A stretch of 64,000 bases of DNA from Patescibacteria group bacterium (GCA_038065075.1 JBBTRQ010000001.1:2823-66822); one strand, 5' to 3'. Positions 25,988 through 36,746 are shown, counted from the stretch's first letter. Notes: generated from the letters alone by a model not told the origin. Numbers and translations: made by a program.

Positions 25988-27352
25988 ATGAATACCCATC
26001 CTCCCGTCGTCGCGCTCGTTGGAAGAACGAACGTCGGAAAATCCACCTTGTTCAACCGACTCCTTGAAACCCAAAAGGCGCTGGTTTCGCCTGTCGCCGG
26101 CACCACCCGCGACCGCAATGAGGGCGATTGTCTCTGGCGTGGGCGTGTGATTCGGCTTGTCGACACGGGTGGAATGGACGTGAACATGGGCGACGAGATC
26201 GAAGCCAACATTTTGAAGCAGGCACAATATGCGATCGAACGCGCGGATCTCCTCTTGTTTATTGTCGATGCAAAAGTTGGCGCGATGCCCCAGGAAAAAA
26301 TGCTCGCCTCCACCCTTCGAAAATCCGGTAAACCTGTGATCGTTGTCGCCAACAAGGCCGAGAAGGTCGCGGATCGGTTGAGCGTGGAAAACGCTGAGTG
26401 GAGATTCCAGGGACTCTCTGAACCTATGGCTATTTCCGCCATCCGCGGAATGGGGATTGGGGACTTACTCGATCAGGTGTACGAAAAACTCGAAGCGATG
26501 GGAAAACCCGCCACAGATCCTCGCGAAACCGAAGGGATCAAGGTGGCCGTCATCGGCAAACCAAACGTCGGTAAGTCCACACTCCTCAATGCGATCATTG
26601 GCGAGGAACGTTTTATCACCAGCTCGGTTGCCCACACCACACGCGAACCAAACGACATGTTGCTCACGCGCGGGGACAAGCGCTACATCTTCATCGACAC
26701 CGCCGGCATGCGCAAGCAAGGTAAGGTCAACAAGTCGGGTGGACTGGAGCGTGAAGCGGTGCGTCGCAATGAGTACATCGTCAAAATTGCCGATGTGACC
26801 ATCCTCGTGGTCGACGCGAGCCAACCGCTTGGGGCGCAAGAAAAAACGCTCGCAGGGTTTTTGAAAACTTCAGGTTCAGCGGTGATCGTCGTCGTCAACA
26901 AATGGGACTTGGTGGAAGACAAAAAGACGAACACGATGAATGAGTACCGCGAGTATATCGCCGGCACCATCCCCTTCCTCGCGTGGGCACCGGTCTTATT
27001 CGTCTCCGCGCTCACCAAGCAACGCGTGCAAACGTTGTTCGACGAGATCGACCGCGTCGTCGGTAATCGCTCGATGAAGATTTCAGACCAAGACCTCGCG
27101 GGCTTTCTCAAGGAAGCGCAGACGCGACACGCGCCAATGAAAGGCGCGGGGCAAAGCGTCCCCAAACTTCTGGGATTCAAGCAGACCCGAAGCGAGCCGC
27201 CGGAGTTTGATCTCATCATGAAAGCCAAGCGCACGGACGCCTTGTCTGTGGCCTACATCCGATTTCTGGAGAACCGTCTGCGCGAGAGGTTCAACCTCGT
27301 GGGAACTCCACTACGCATCAACATCCGCATCGCGACATCGGTATCGAAGTAA
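25988..27352 (+). CDS. der: Ribosome biogenesis GTPase Der/EngA
   Basis: Two G domains (GRTNVGKS, DTGG, NKAE; GKPNVGKS, DTAG, NKWD) plus KH-like C-terminus. Confidence 0.97.
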   Translation: MNTHPPVVALVGRTNVGKSTLFNRLLETQKALVSPVAGTTRDRNEGDCLWRGRVIRLVDTGGMDVNMGDEIEANILKQAQYAIERADLLLFIVDAKVGAMPQEKMLASTLRKSGKPVIVVANKAEKVADRLSVENAEWRFQGLSEPMAISAIRGMGIGDLLDQVYEKLEAMGKPATDPRETEGIKVAVIGKPNVGKSTLLNAIIGEERFITSSVAHTTREPNDMLLTRGDKRYIFIDTAGMRKQGKVNKSGGLEREAVRRNEYIVKIADVTILVVDASQPLGAQEKTLAGFLKTSGSAVIVVVNKWDLVEDKKTNTMNEYREYIAGTIPFLAWAPVLFVSALTKQRVQTLFDEIDRVVGNRSMKISDQDLAGFLKEAQTRHAPMKGAGQSVPKLLGFKQTRSEPPEFDLIMKAKRTDALSVAYIRFLENRLRERFNLVGTPLRINIRIATSVSK

Positions 27353-27392
27353 CAAGCAAACTCAAAAGTAGCCACGCACGGCTACTTTTGAT

Positions 27393-27611
27393 TTAGGCTC
27401 GAACCGAAATAGGCAACTCGTTTCGTTTCAAGGACGCACACACAGAGGAAGTGAGACGTCGGGAGGCATCGAGAATCTCGATGCCGACCAATTTCTTTTT
27501 GCTGTTGTAATCAAAGACAATCCCCTCTTCGACCTCATCGCTTTCCTTGTAGACACTCTCGTCGAAGCGGATATAGAGAGCATCTTTCTTGTCGTCGTAG
27601 TGGAATCTCAT
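27393..27611 (-). CDS. DUF2283 family putative antitoxin
   Basis: YDDKKDALYIRF...GIEILDAS. Confidence 0.85.
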   Translation of the reverse strand: MRFHYDDKKDALYIRFDESVYKESDEVEEGIVFDYNSKKKLVGIEILDASRRLTSSVCASLKRNELPISVRA

Positions 27612-27859
27612 AAGTATTTTTTTACTTTAGAAGAGACAAAGGCCGTCACAACTTCCATTCGTCTGCCCGATATGACATCATAGACGACGATCAACACGTA
27701 GCGGTTTCTCGTTTCTGGGAGATACCCGATGGCACGGAACCGATCTTTGCTCTGCCGGTGAAGAACCTCTGGCTGTCGGATGACGAGTCGTATCGACGCC
27801 TCAGATAAGCAACGCTCCTTCATCTGTTGCTTCGCATGATCGGAAAATACGATCCTCAT
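27608..27859 (-). CDS. DUF4258 family putative toxin (RelE/BrnT-like)
   Basis: FSDHAKQQMKER...VVTAF; overlaps the DUF2283 gene. Confidence 0.8.
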   Translation of the reverse strand: MRIVFSDHAKQQMKERCLSEASIRLVIRQPEVLHRQSKDRFRAIGYLPETRNRYVLIVVYDVISGRRMEVVTAFVSSKVKKYL

Positions 27860-28004
27860 ATATGATAGTTTACCAACAAGAGGCGTTGTGTCAATCTGTA
27901 AATAAAAATAAAAGAGCCCCCGGTACGGACGTATCCGTACAAGGGTCTCTTTCGTGGTGATAGCTTAAAGATAAACGATCATAGTGAAAAAGTCAAACCA
28001 CTCT

Positions 28005-28526
28005 ATGAAAGCCATCTTCGGCCTTGGCAACCCGGGAAAAGAATACGTTGGGACACGACACAACGTCGGGTTCTTGGTTGTCGATGAGTTGGCTCGCCGA
28101 TATGGTGGCGAATTTGCGAACAAGCGTTCGCTCGAGGCAGAGATCGCGGAAGTCCTGATCGACGAACAACGTGTTCTCCTCGTGAAGCCCCAAACCTTTA
28201 TGAACGTCAGCGGCCGGTCGCTGTCGGCCGTTCTCTCGAAGTATCCGGTGAAACTGGAGGAAGTGGTCGTGGTCTACGATGATGCCGACCTCCCCTTTGG
28301 CGATGTGCGCGAGAAGGCGAGCGGGAGTAGCGCCGGACATCGGGGCATGGAATCAATTCTCTCAACCCTTCCCAAAGGCTCGAGTGTTTCTCGCGTTCGT
28401 GTCGGCATTGGCCGGCCCACGCATCCAGATATCCCACTGGACGAATTCGTTCTCGCAAAATGGACCGCAGACGAACAAAAGCAGATCCCATCCGCCATCG
28501 ACTCGGCGATTGAAAAACTTGTATGA
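28005..28526 (+). CDS. pth: Peptidyl-tRNA hydrolase
   Basis: GLGNPG, TRHNVGF, KPQTFMNVSG, AGHRG. Confidence 0.96.
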   Translation: MKAIFGLGNPGKEYVGTRHNVGFLVVDELARRYGGEFANKRSLEAEIAEVLIDEQRVLLVKPQTFMNVSGRSLSAVLSKYPVKLEEVVVVYDDADLPFGDVREKASGSSAGHRGMESILSTLPKGSSVSRVRVGIGRPTHPDIPLDEFVLAKWTADEQKQIPSAIDSAIEKLV

Positions 28527-29605
28527 CCGAGGCCGACCGACCATATTGGGTCGCACTTGCCCAGTTCCGGCCCTTCGGAGCTGTGCGGCTCTCACGGCTT
28601 GCACGTCGCTTTCCAACGATGGAGCGCGCATTTGGGGCGAGCGCGGTGGAGCTTGTCGAAGCCGGGATCGAACCGGAGATCGCCAGCCGTTTTTTACAAG
28701 AACGTATCCACATCAATCCGGAGGAACTCTCTCGCGAGCTTGAGGTCCATGGGGTTCGGCTGGTCACCATTCAAGACGCCATCTATCCACCGCTCCTCAA
28801 AGAAATTTACGATCCACCGGCGGTCCTGTTTGTGCGCGGTGTCCTGCCAGACCCCAACCGCAAACATCTCGCCGTGGTGGGTTCGCGCAAAGCGTCCAAG
28901 TACGGCCTGCGCGTCGTCGACGAACTGATCGAGCCGGTGGCGCGCGCGGGTGTGGTCATCGTGAGTGGCTTGGCGTACGGCATCGACGCGACCGCGCACG
29001 ACGCGGCTCTGCGCGCGGACGGGACGACGATCGCCGTCTTGGGAAGCGGTGTGGATCCTGAGAGTATCTACCCCTCCCATAACCGGGCACTGGCCTCGCG
29101 GATTCTTGCACAGGGTGGCGCTCTGATCTCTGAGTTTCCTCTGCATACCGCCCCGCTCACACAACACTTTCCGATTCGCAACCGTATCATCGCGGGACTC
29201 TGTCACGGCACGCTGGTCGTAGAAGCCGCAATCAAGTCGGGTTCGCTCATCACCGCCCGTTCAGCCATGGACTCCAACCGGGATGTGTACGCGGTTCCAG
29301 GATCCATCCATTCTCTGCTTTCAGAAGGCCCTCACGAGCTCATCAAAAATGGCGCCACGCCCGTGACCAAACCCGAGGACATCTTTGGCATTGAACCGAT
29401 GCCCGAACCTGTCGCGTCCTACCAACCGGTCAACGAAGAAGAAACACTCATCTGGTCGCGCCTGTCGCGCACGCCACTTCACGTCGACGAGCTGATCCGC
29501 TCCACACATCTGCCCACGCCCAAACTCTTGAGCACGCTCACGCTCATGGAAATGAAAGGCGGAATCCGTCACGAGGGAGGACAATTTTATACGCGTCACG
29601 CTTGA
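28523..29605 (+). CDS. dprA: DNA-protecting protein DprA
   Basis: AVVGSR, VSGLAYGID, FPIRNRIIAGL, SGSLITA; C-terminal wHTH. Confidence 0.96.
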   Translation: MTEADRPYWVALAQFRPFGAVRLSRLARRFPTMERAFGASAVELVEAGIEPEIASRFLQERIHINPEELSRELEVHGVRLVTIQDAIYPPLLKEIYDPPAVLFVRGVLPDPNRKHLAVVGSRKASKYGLRVVDELIEPVARAGVVIVSGLAYGIDATAHDAALRADGTTIAVLGSGVDPESIYPSHNRALASRILAQGGALISEFPLHTAPLTQHFPIRNRIIAGLCHGTLVVEAAIKSGSLITARSAMDSNRDVYAVPGSIHSLLSEGPHELIKNGATPVTKPEDIFGIEPMPEPVASYQPVNEEETLIWSRLSRTPLHVDELIRSTHLPTPKLLSTLTLMEMKGGIRHEGGQFYTRHA

Positions 29606-29638
29606 CGGATTTTCTACAAACCCTTACTAATGGAAGCC

Positions 29639-31969
29639 ATGTCGCACCATCTACTCATCGTCGAGTCACCGACGAAGGCAAAAACCATTTCAAAATACCT
29701 CGGGCAGGACTACAAAGTCCTTTCCTCTTTTGGTCACATCCGCGATCTGCCCAAGAGCAAACTTGGCGTGGATTTGGAGAACCATTTCGCCCCCACGTAC
29801 ACGATTCCCACCAAGAGCAAGAAAGCCGTGACAGAACTCAAAGCCGCGGCAAAGAACGCGGACATGATCTACCTAGCGACGGACGAAGACCGTGAAGGAG
29901 AGGCGATCGCCTGGCACATTCAGGAGGCGCTCAAGCTCAAACCAGAAAACACCCGCCGCATTACGTTTCATGAAATTACCCGCGCGGCCGTTGAGGACGC
30001 TGTGGCACACCCACGCGACATCGACCAGAATCTGGTGAACGCCCAGCAGGCGCGCCGCATTCTGGATCGTTTGGTCGGCTATGAGCTCTCTCCGTTCCTG
30101 TGGCAAAAAATCCGCTATGGTCTCTCGGCGGGACGTGTGCAGTCAGTCGCCATGCGGCTCATTGTCGAGCGCGAACGCGAGCGCCGGGCGTTCAACATCG
30201 AGGAGTACTGGACCGTCGACGCCGAATTCGAAAAATCCAACGTGACCTTCCCTGCGAAGCTTATTGAGGCTGACGGGAAAAAAGTCGACAAGCTCGAAAT
30301 CAAGACACAGGGCGATGCGAAGAGGCTCGTCGAAAAACTCGAGGGTGCTCCAGCAACGGTCATGGCCGTCGAGAAAAAGCTCGTGAAGAAAGCGCCGCCG
30401 ACACCGCTCACCACGTCGACCCTCCAGATCGACGGCAACACCAAATTGGGATTCAGTTCCAAACAAACGATGCGACTCGCGCAGGAGCTCTACGAAACCG
30501 GCCGCATCACCTACATGCGTACCGACTCGATGAACCTGGCGGAGAAATTCCTCGACGAAGCGCAGGCCTACATTCGCACGACCTTCGGCGAAAAGTATGC
30601 CGAAGGCGCACGACGATTCAAGACAAACAAAAAAGGCGCGCAGGAGGCGCACGAAGCGATCCGCCCAACAGAGGTCACGGCGACTCCGGATTCGTTGCGC
30701 TCCACCCTGGAGCCACGCGCCTGGAAACTCTACAATCTCATCTGGAGCCGCACCGTCGCCTCCCAGCTCCCAAGCGCGCAACTCAACCGCACCACGGTGG
30801 ACATTGAGGTCTCCCCCCCTGCCCGAGGGGGGGCTAGGGGGGGTGGGAGGGAGGTTGCTGTATTCCGTGCATCCGGCTCCTCGGTCGCGTTCCCGGGCTT
30901 CATGAAAGTCTACCAGTCGGCGAAAGAAAAAATTCTTCCCGAGCTCGCCAAGGGAGACACCGTCGATACCAAATCAATCATCCCCAACCAACATTTTACT
31001 GAGCCACCCGCACGCTATTCAGACGCAACTCTGGTCAAAGCCCTCGAGGAATTCGGCATCGGTCGCCCATCCACCTACGCCCCGACAATCTCCACGATCA
31101 TCGATCGCGGCTATGTGGAGCGTGACGAGAACAAGAAACTCGCGCCCACGGACATCGCTCTTATTGTCAACGACGTCCTGGTGAACCACTTCCCGCAGAT
31201 CGTCGGCTATGAGTTCACCGCGACGATGGAGAATACGCTCGATGAGATCGCGGAAGGAAAAGTCGAATGGGTTCCGACGCTGGAGGCATTCTACGGCCCG
31301 TTCCATCAAAATTTGGAAGCCAAGACAAAGGAACTCGATCGAGCCGACATCATGCCCGACCGAGTGCTGGGCACGGATCCAGAGAGCGGACTCCCCATCA
31401 CTCTCAAAACGGGTCGCTTCGGCGGATTCGTCCAGGTGGGTGAGTACACAAAGGAGGACAAAAAAGCCGGCAAACCAAAACCTAAGAGCGCCTCACTCCT
31501 CAAAGGCATGAACGTCGAGTCCGTGACGCTTGAGCAGGCCCTCGCCTGTCTCTCCCTTCCCCGCGACGTCGGCGTCAGCGAGAACGGCGAAAAAATCGTC
31601 GCGGCCGTCGGACGGTTTGGTCCGTATGTGAAAGTCGGCGACGTGTACGCGAGCATCAAGGAGCCACTGGATCCCCTGACCATCGATGAGGCAACGGCGC
31701 GAACACTTCTGAAGGAATCTGCCGAGCTCAAAAAGAAAATGGCCACACCCATTGCCGAATTCGGCAATGATCCGGTGAGCGGCGGAGCGATCCTGCTCAA
31801 ACATGGCCGCTTCGGTCCCTACCTCACCGACGGAACCACAAATGCGTCGCTTGGGAAGAAACGCGACCCGGCCGAAGTCACTCGCGAATCTGCCATCGAG
31901 ATCCTGGGAAAAAAACGGGCGATGGAAGCAAAGAACGGAAAGTCAAAATTCAGATCCAAGAAAAAGTAA
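29639..31969 (+). CDS. topA: DNA topoisomerase I with Topo_C repeats
   Basis: IVESPTKA, ATDEDREGE, SAGRVQS, ITYMRTDS, GIGRPSTY; C-terminal GRFGPY repeats. Confidence 0.97.
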   Translation: MSHHLLIVESPTKAKTISKYLGQDYKVLSSFGHIRDLPKSKLGVDLENHFAPTYTIPTKSKKAVTELKAAAKNADMIYLATDEDREGEAIAWHIQEALKLKPENTRRITFHEITRAAVEDAVAHPRDIDQNLVNAQQARRILDRLVGYELSPFLWQKIRYGLSAGRVQSVAMRLIVERERERRAFNIEEYWTVDAEFEKSNVTFPAKLIEADGKKVDKLEIKTQGDAKRLVEKLEGAPATVMAVEKKLVKKAPPTPLTTSTLQIDGNTKLGFSSKQTMRLAQELYETGRITYMRTDSMNLAEKFLDEAQAYIRTTFGEKYAEGARRFKTNKKGAQEAHEAIRPTEVTATPDSLRSTLEPRAWKLYNLIWSRTVASQLPSAQLNRTTVDIEVSPPARGGARGGGREVAVFRASGSSVAFPGFMKVYQSAKEKILPELAKGDTVDTKSIIPNQHFTEPPARYSDATLVKALEEFGIGRPSTYAPTISTIIDRGYVERDENKKLAPTDIALIVNDVLVNHFPQIVGYEFTATMENTLDEIAEGKVEWVPTLEAFYGPFHQNLEAKTKELDRADIMPDRVLGTDPESGLPITLKTGRFGGFVQVGEYTKEDKKAGKPKPKSASLLKGMNVESVTLEQALACLSLPRDVGVSENGEKIVAAVGRFGPYVKVGDVYASIKEPLDPLTIDEATARTLLKESAELKKKMATPIAEFGNDPVSGGAILLKHGRFGPYLTDGTTNASLGKKRDPAEVTRESAIEILGKKRAMEAKNGKSKFRSKKK
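30811..30850 (+). repeat. C/G-tract palindromic mini-element inserted in frame in topA
   Basis: CCCCCCT-GCCCG-AGGGGGG-GCTAGGGGGGGT encodes SPPARGGARGGG; related to 46660-46695. Confidence 0.7.
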
Positions 31970-31998
31970 AACGCCCTGAGCTTGTCGAAGGGCGTTTT
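31968..31998. terminator. Bidirectional terminator built on a CTGAGCTTGTCGAAG repeat
   Basis: AAAACGCCCT-GAGCTTGTCGA-AGGGCGTTTT between convergent genes. Confidence 0.65.
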
Positions 31999-32002
31999 AT
32001 TT

Positions 32003-32764
32003 TTATGCGGCCTTAGCCGCTTCGGCCGGTGCCGCGGCTGGAGCTGGTTCTGCTTTTGCCGCTTCTGCGTTTTCTAAATCTTCGAACTCCCCTTCAAGCG
32101 CCGCGGCTACATCCTCGCCCAACACCTCCTTGAGTTTCTTTTGTCGAGTCTTCTTCTTCGCCGCATCGTCCACTTTCTTCTCGGCAGCTTTCTGTGCTTT
32201 GTTATAATCCTCAAATACCTTCTTCGCGAGCTTCTTCCGATCCTCCGCGTTCTTCTTCAAATGCTCGACGAGCGTCTTGTCGATCCCGAGCGACTTGGCG
32301 GACTTATCAATCAACGACACTAATGGGTTCACAAGCCAACGGAGAATCGGGAATTTCTTGTCGATGAGCTTATCAGCCCAGCTGTTCATCTTTTGTCCGA
32401 TCCAGTCCAACGCATGCGCCGCGGTGAATAACACAGGACGACTGGTTTGATATCCAAGATACGTAAAAGCAACCAGAGATCCGCCCATGACCTGAAGCCC
32501 TCCTTTTCCAACCCCCACAGCTATATCTTTGGCTCGAGTCGCAAAGCTGAAAACGGGTTTTTCTTCCTCCTTCTTCTCTTCTCGTGCTGTCACACCCGCC
32601 GCAAGAGCGCGAGCACGAGCCGCCTCGATGGCCGCTGTGTCCGTTGTGGCGATACCTCTGTCTACGGGTGGCGCGACTTCTCTTAATCGATCGCGGCGTC
32701 CTCGTCGCTCGCGACGACCTTCACGCGATCCTTCTGTTCCCCGTTCTCGTGATTCTGTTGCCAT
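32003..32764 (-). CDS. Hypothetical protein (charged, central hydrophobic segment)
   Basis: 253-aa ORF rich in Lys/Glu/Ala. Confidence 0.7.
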   Translation of the reverse strand: MATESRERGTEGSREGRRERRGRRDRLREVAPPVDRGIATTDTAAIEAARARALAAGVTAREEKKEEEKPVFSFATRAKDIAVGVGKGGLQVMGGSLVAFTYLGYQTSRPVLFTAAHALDWIGQKMNSWADKLIDKKFPILRWLVNPLVSLIDKSAKSLGIDKTLVEHLKKNAEDRKKLAKKVFEDYNKAQKAAEKKVDDAAKKKTRQKKLKEVLGEDVAAALEGEFEDLENAEAAKAEPAPAAAPAEAAKAA

Positions 32765-32864
32765 AGTTGATGATTGAATTGCTCAAAATGTAGCACGAAA
32801 ATCCGCTTTCGTCAACGCGATTCTCCCTTTACGGCGGCCCGGTCTGTGAGGTATCGTGCATCTC

Positions 32865-34364
32865 ATGAGTGAACTCCCACGCACCTACGACGAGCTCGAA
32901 CGGCTCGTCCAAAAGACGTACAAGAACCCGGATCTCGAAACGTTACGGCGGGCTTTTGCGTTGGCAGATCAGGCACACGCAGGCGAGGTGCGGCTCACGG
33001 GGCATCCCGTCATCAGCCATCCCCTTGCGGTTGCGTATCGCCTGGCAGACATGGGTCTCCACCTCAACGTCGTGACAGCCGGGCTCCTTCATGACGTCGT
33101 CGAGGACTCTCCCGTGACGATCGAAGACCTCAAGGCACAATTTGGAGAAGACATTGCGGGGCTGGTCGAAGCGGTGACCAAGCTCAAGCATGGGATCAAG
33201 TATCGAGGAGCCGAACGCTACGCCGAGAATATGCGCAAGATGTTTTTGGCGATGGCCAGCGACGTGCGCGTCGTCTTCATGAAATTTGCCGACCGACTCC
33301 ACAACCTGGAAACTCTCTACGGTCAGCCTAAACACAAACAGGAACGCATCGCTCGCGAGTCGTTGGAGATTTACGCGCCGATCGCTGGACGATTAGGCAT
33401 GAGCGAATTCAAGGGGGAACTCGAAGATGGGTCGTTCGCCTATCTCCAACCAAAAGAGTTTGAGCGCATGAAAAGTATCATGAACGTGAAAGTCCGCGAG
33501 AAGGGCGCCTATGTCAGCCGCATCATCGATTCGGTCGAGAAGCTCCTCGCTGGAACATCGATTGAAGACTTCCAGGTGCACGGCCGCATCAAACGTCTCT
33601 ACAGTCTCTACAAAAAACTCAACAAGTACCAGGGCGACCTGAGTAAAATTTACGACCTCATCGCCGTGCGTATCATCGTCAGCGACGTTGAGGAGTGCTA
33701 CATGGCCTTGGGACTTCTGCATCAACACTGGCGTCCTGTCCCTGGTCGTATCAAGGACTACATCGCCCAACCCAAACCAAACGGCTACCAGTCGCTCCAC
33801 ACGACCGTATTCACCGAAAACGGCGAGATTGTCGAGTTTCAAATCCGAACGCTCGAGATGCACGAGCTGGCCGAATACGGTATCGCCTCCCACTGGCGCT
33901 ACAAGGAAGGTTCCAACAAACCTGTGCGCAACACGCGCTGGATGGAAGAACTCGCGCAGATCCAAAAAGAACTGCAGAGTAAGAAAGACTTCATGGAGCA
34001 ACTCGAGGTCATGAAGATCGATGTCTTCAAGGACCGGATCTTTGTCTTCACGCCGCAGGGCGATGTCATTGATCTCCCCGAAGGAGCCACGCCCGTTGAC
34101 TTTGCCTACGCCATCCACACCGAGGTCGGCAACAAGTGCACGGCCGCGCGCGTCAATGAGGTCATGCGCAACCTGGATACCACATTGCTGTCTGGCGATA
34201 TCGTCGAGGTCATCACCGACAAAAATCGCCGCGGCCCCAACCCTGACTGGCTCAAGTTCGCCAAGACCCGCCATGCGCGCAATAAAATCAAAGACTCAAC
34301 CCGTCACACGGTGAAAGGCTGGTTCGCGGAAGTGTTGAAAGGAAGGGAGAAGGCGAAGAAATGA
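32865..34364 (+). CDS. RelA/SpoT family (p)ppGpp synthetase/hydrolase, short form (HD-SYNTH-TGS)
   Basis: LHDVVED, ADRLHN, KDYIAQPKPNGYQSLHT, TPVDFAYAIHTEVG; no ACT domain. Confidence 0.95.
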   Translation: MSELPRTYDELERLVQKTYKNPDLETLRRAFALADQAHAGEVRLTGHPVISHPLAVAYRLADMGLHLNVVTAGLLHDVVEDSPVTIEDLKAQFGEDIAGLVEAVTKLKHGIKYRGAERYAENMRKMFLAMASDVRVVFMKFADRLHNLETLYGQPKHKQERIARESLEIYAPIAGRLGMSEFKGELEDGSFAYLQPKEFERMKSIMNVKVREKGAYVSRIIDSVEKLLAGTSIEDFQVHGRIKRLYSLYKKLNKYQGDLSKIYDLIAVRIIVSDVEECYMALGLLHQHWRPVPGRIKDYIAQPKPNGYQSLHTTVFTENGEIVEFQIRTLEMHELAEYGIASHWRYKEGSNKPVRNTRWMEELAQIQKELQSKKDFMEQLEVMKIDVFKDRIFVFTPQGDVIDLPEGATPVDFAYAIHTEVGNKCTAARVNEVMRNLDTTLLSGDIVEVITDKNRRGPNPDWLKFAKTRHARNKIKDSTRHTVKGWFAEVLKGREKAKK

Positions 34365-34378
34365 CACGACCACGTCGC

Positions 34379-34404
34379 GTCATCCCGAGCTTGTCGAGGG
34401 ATCT
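34379..34404 (+). repeat. GAGCTTGTCGA-family REP-like repeat
   Basis: GTCATCCCGAGCTTGTCGAGGGATCT; related to 31974-31992 and 54316-54360. Confidence 0.6.
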
Positions 34405-35084
34405 CAAAAAAGAAGCACGTATCCAATCGTCAGGATCGTCGCGTCGACAAGAATGTGACTCAACCAACTCGTGACAAGCGAGTTGGTTTTTTGATACAAT
34501 AGGCACCAACAGGCACCAGCGATCGCAATCGTGAGCCCAAAGAGCAGGGCGATCACGGGCGGAAAAAACTGCCACAAGATCACAACATGATGAGCCGAAA
34601 ATGCCAGTGACCCAAGCGCGATCGCGGTGTTCGTCTTCATGAGCAACCTCAAGCCACCAAAGACAAACCATCGCCAATAGAGCTCCTCAAAAAGAGAATG
34701 AAAGACTGAGAGAAAAATGGCGAATGGGATGTACCAACTCAAGATACCGAATGTCTCTGCAACCCCCTGGAGCGCTGGAACGAAAGAGCGGAAGAAAGGC
34801 TCGAACAGAAAGAACGTGAGAATAATGATCGTGGAGAAAAGAATTCCCGAACAAAGACCAAAAAGAACCCAATTCTTTTTTGAACCTTTATAAACGGCAG
34901 GGCGAAATCCTGCGAGATACCATCCAAGCGGCCAGGCAAGCATGAGAATTTTCGTCGCCGGATAGAGAAACGAGGAATATCCTGGAAGCGCAACGAAGTA
35001 CAGACTCGCACCGGTCAACTGAAACAACAGCATGGGTACGAGGATGAACATGAGAACCGATCTTGATGAAAAGCGCGTCGTCAT
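34404..35084 (-). CDS. CPBP (Abi/CAAX) family intramembrane metalloprotease
   Basis: EELYWR, FSAHH, SHILVD motifs. Confidence 0.88.
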   Translation of the reverse strand: MTTRFSSRSVLMFILVPMLLFQLTGASLYFVALPGYSSFLYPATKILMLAWPLGWYLAGFRPAVYKGSKKNWVLFGLCSGILFSTIIILTFFLFEPFFRSFVPALQGVAETFGILSWYIPFAIFLSVFHSLFEELYWRWFVFGGLRLLMKTNTAIALGSLAFSAHHVVILWQFFPPVIALLFGLTIAIAGACWCLLYQKTNSLVTSWLSHILVDATILTIGYVLLF

Positions 35085-35108
35085 AGGAAAAACAGGCTGA
35101 GCCTGTTT

Positions 35109-35969
35109 TTAAAATCCTGATAATCGATCCAGGAGGTCGAGGAGTTCATCCCTCGAGTAAAATGCGATCGAGATATTTCCCTTTCCGCCGGACTCTTTGA
35201 TCTCGACTTTTGTGCCGAGAATCTCGCGTAAACGTTTTTCGTGTGCAAGAAGATTGGGATCTTTCTTTGATGAGGCCTTCGAGGAAGACTTCCGTGGAGC
35301 GGTGACCACCCGAGCTTCTGCCTCGCGCACACTCACGCCACCATTCAACATTGCCTCAAAGAGCGCTTCCCGTTTCACGTCGTTGGACTCGGCCAGGAGC
35401 GTGCGGGCGTGTGACTTCGTGATCTTTCCGTCGCGTAGGGCGTAAAGCATCTCTTCCGGGAGTTCAAGCAGACGCAGGATGTTGGCGACGTTGGAGCGGC
35501 TCTTCCCTACCCGCTTGCCAACTTCCTCTTGCGTGAGGTTGAACTCGTCCACCAACGCCTTGTAGGCGAGCGCCTCTTCAAACGCGTTGAGGTCCTGACG
35601 CTGGATGTTCTCAATGAGCGCGAGCTCGAGTTTTTGTTGCTCGTTGGCGTCACGGACGATCACGGGAACCGTCTTCAGACCCAGCGTGCGAGAAGCTCGC
35701 AGTCGACGCTCTCCGGCGATCAGCTCGTACTTGTTGCCGGCTCGAGTCGCCACGAGCGGCTGCAAAATGCCATGCTCTTTTATCGACGCAATAAGATCCT
35801 CGAGCTCTGCCGGCGAAAAGTGGTGACGCGGCTGACGTGGGTTTTCCACAATGTCACCGACCGGGACTTCAAGAACCTGTGTGCGCGCCTGCGGGATCAC
35901 CTGCTCGGTGATGCTTTGTTTTTGCGGAATCAGGGAACCAAGCCCTCTTCCTAGTGCTGAATGTACCAT
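35109..35969 (-). CDS. parB: ParB/Spo0J partition protein
   Basis: LGRGL, NPRQPR, GILQP, IAGERRLRA, ENIQRQDL, HTH. Confidence 0.96.
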   Translation of the reverse strand: MVHSALGRGLGSLIPQKQSITEQVIPQARTQVLEVPVGDIVENPRQPRHHFSPAELEDLIASIKEHGILQPLVATRAGNKYELIAGERRLRASRTLGLKTVPVIVRDANEQQKLELALIENIQRQDLNAFEEALAYKALVDEFNLTQEEVGKRVGKSRSNVANILRLLELPEEMLYALRDGKITKSHARTLLAESNDVKREALFEAMLNGGVSVREAEARVVTAPRKSSSKASSKKDPNLLAHEKRLREILGTKVEIKESGGKGNISIAFYSRDELLDLLDRLSGF

Positions 35970-35972
35970 ACG

Positions 35973-36746
35973 TTAAATACGTCCCTCCTCGCGGAGTAAA
36001 AATTCGCGTGCCAGACGTTCGTACGCCTTGGCCGCCTTGGATGCCGGGTCATAGCCCAAAATCGTTTTCCCAAAACTCGGTGCCTCCGCCAACCGAATAG
36101 AGCGTGGAATGACTGAACGAAAAATCTTGTCCGGGAAGTAGCGATAGAGTTCCTCGAGGACTTCTTTGGAGAGTCGCGTGCGACCGTCGTACATCGTGAT
36201 GACCGCTCCCATCACCTCCAGGTCTGGTTTGAGATTGTCGCGCACGAGGTTCACGGTGTTGAGAAGCTGTGAGAGACCTTCGAGGGCGAAGTACTCAGCC
36301 TGCACTGGAATCAACACGGAGTCGGCCGCCACAAGGCCGTTGATCGTGAGCATGCCTAGGGAGGGCGGGTTATCGATGAAGATGTAATCGTAATCGTTGC
36401 GGACTTCCAGAAGCGCCTTGCGTAGAAAATGCTCTCGTTCCTCTGCATTGACCAACTCGACGCTGGCGCCAGCAAGGGCTTGCGTTGCCGGCAAGATGCT
36501 TAAGCCCTCATGATCGGTGGGGTGAATGAGGTTGCGCATGGAGTGAGTGCCCACGAGTCCCTCGTACACGCCAGCCGGTAGCGTCTTGTGGTCGATACCC
36601 ACTCCGGAAGTCGCGTTGGCTTGTGGATCCAAGTCGACGAGCAGAATGAACTTTCCGGCAGAAGCTAAAAACGCGGCCAAATTCAAAGCCGTCGTTGTTT
36701 TCCCCACACCTCCTTTTTGATTAACCACGGAAATAATGTGCGCCAT
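35973..36746 (-). CDS. parA: ParA/Soj ATPase
   Basis: NQKGGVGKTTT, DLDPQANATSG, LAEAPSFG. Confidence 0.96.
   Translation of the reverse strand: MAHIISVVNQKGGVGKTTTALNLAAFLASAGKFILLVDLDPQANATSGVGIDHKTLPAGVYEGLVGTHSMRNLIHPTDHEGLSILPATQALAGASVELVNAEEREHFLRKALLEVRNDYDYIFIDNPPSLGMLTINGLVAADSVLIPVQAEYFALEGLSQLLNTVNLVRDNLKPDLEVMGAVITMYDGRTRLSKEVLEELYRYFPDKIFRSVIPRSIRLAEAPSFGKTILGYDPASKAAKAYERLAREFLLREEGRI

Noticed and set aside
32865-34364. RelA/SpoT as a truncated pseudogene
   Set aside because: Catalytic motifs intact and clean end after TGS; short forms lacking ACT are typical of CPR.
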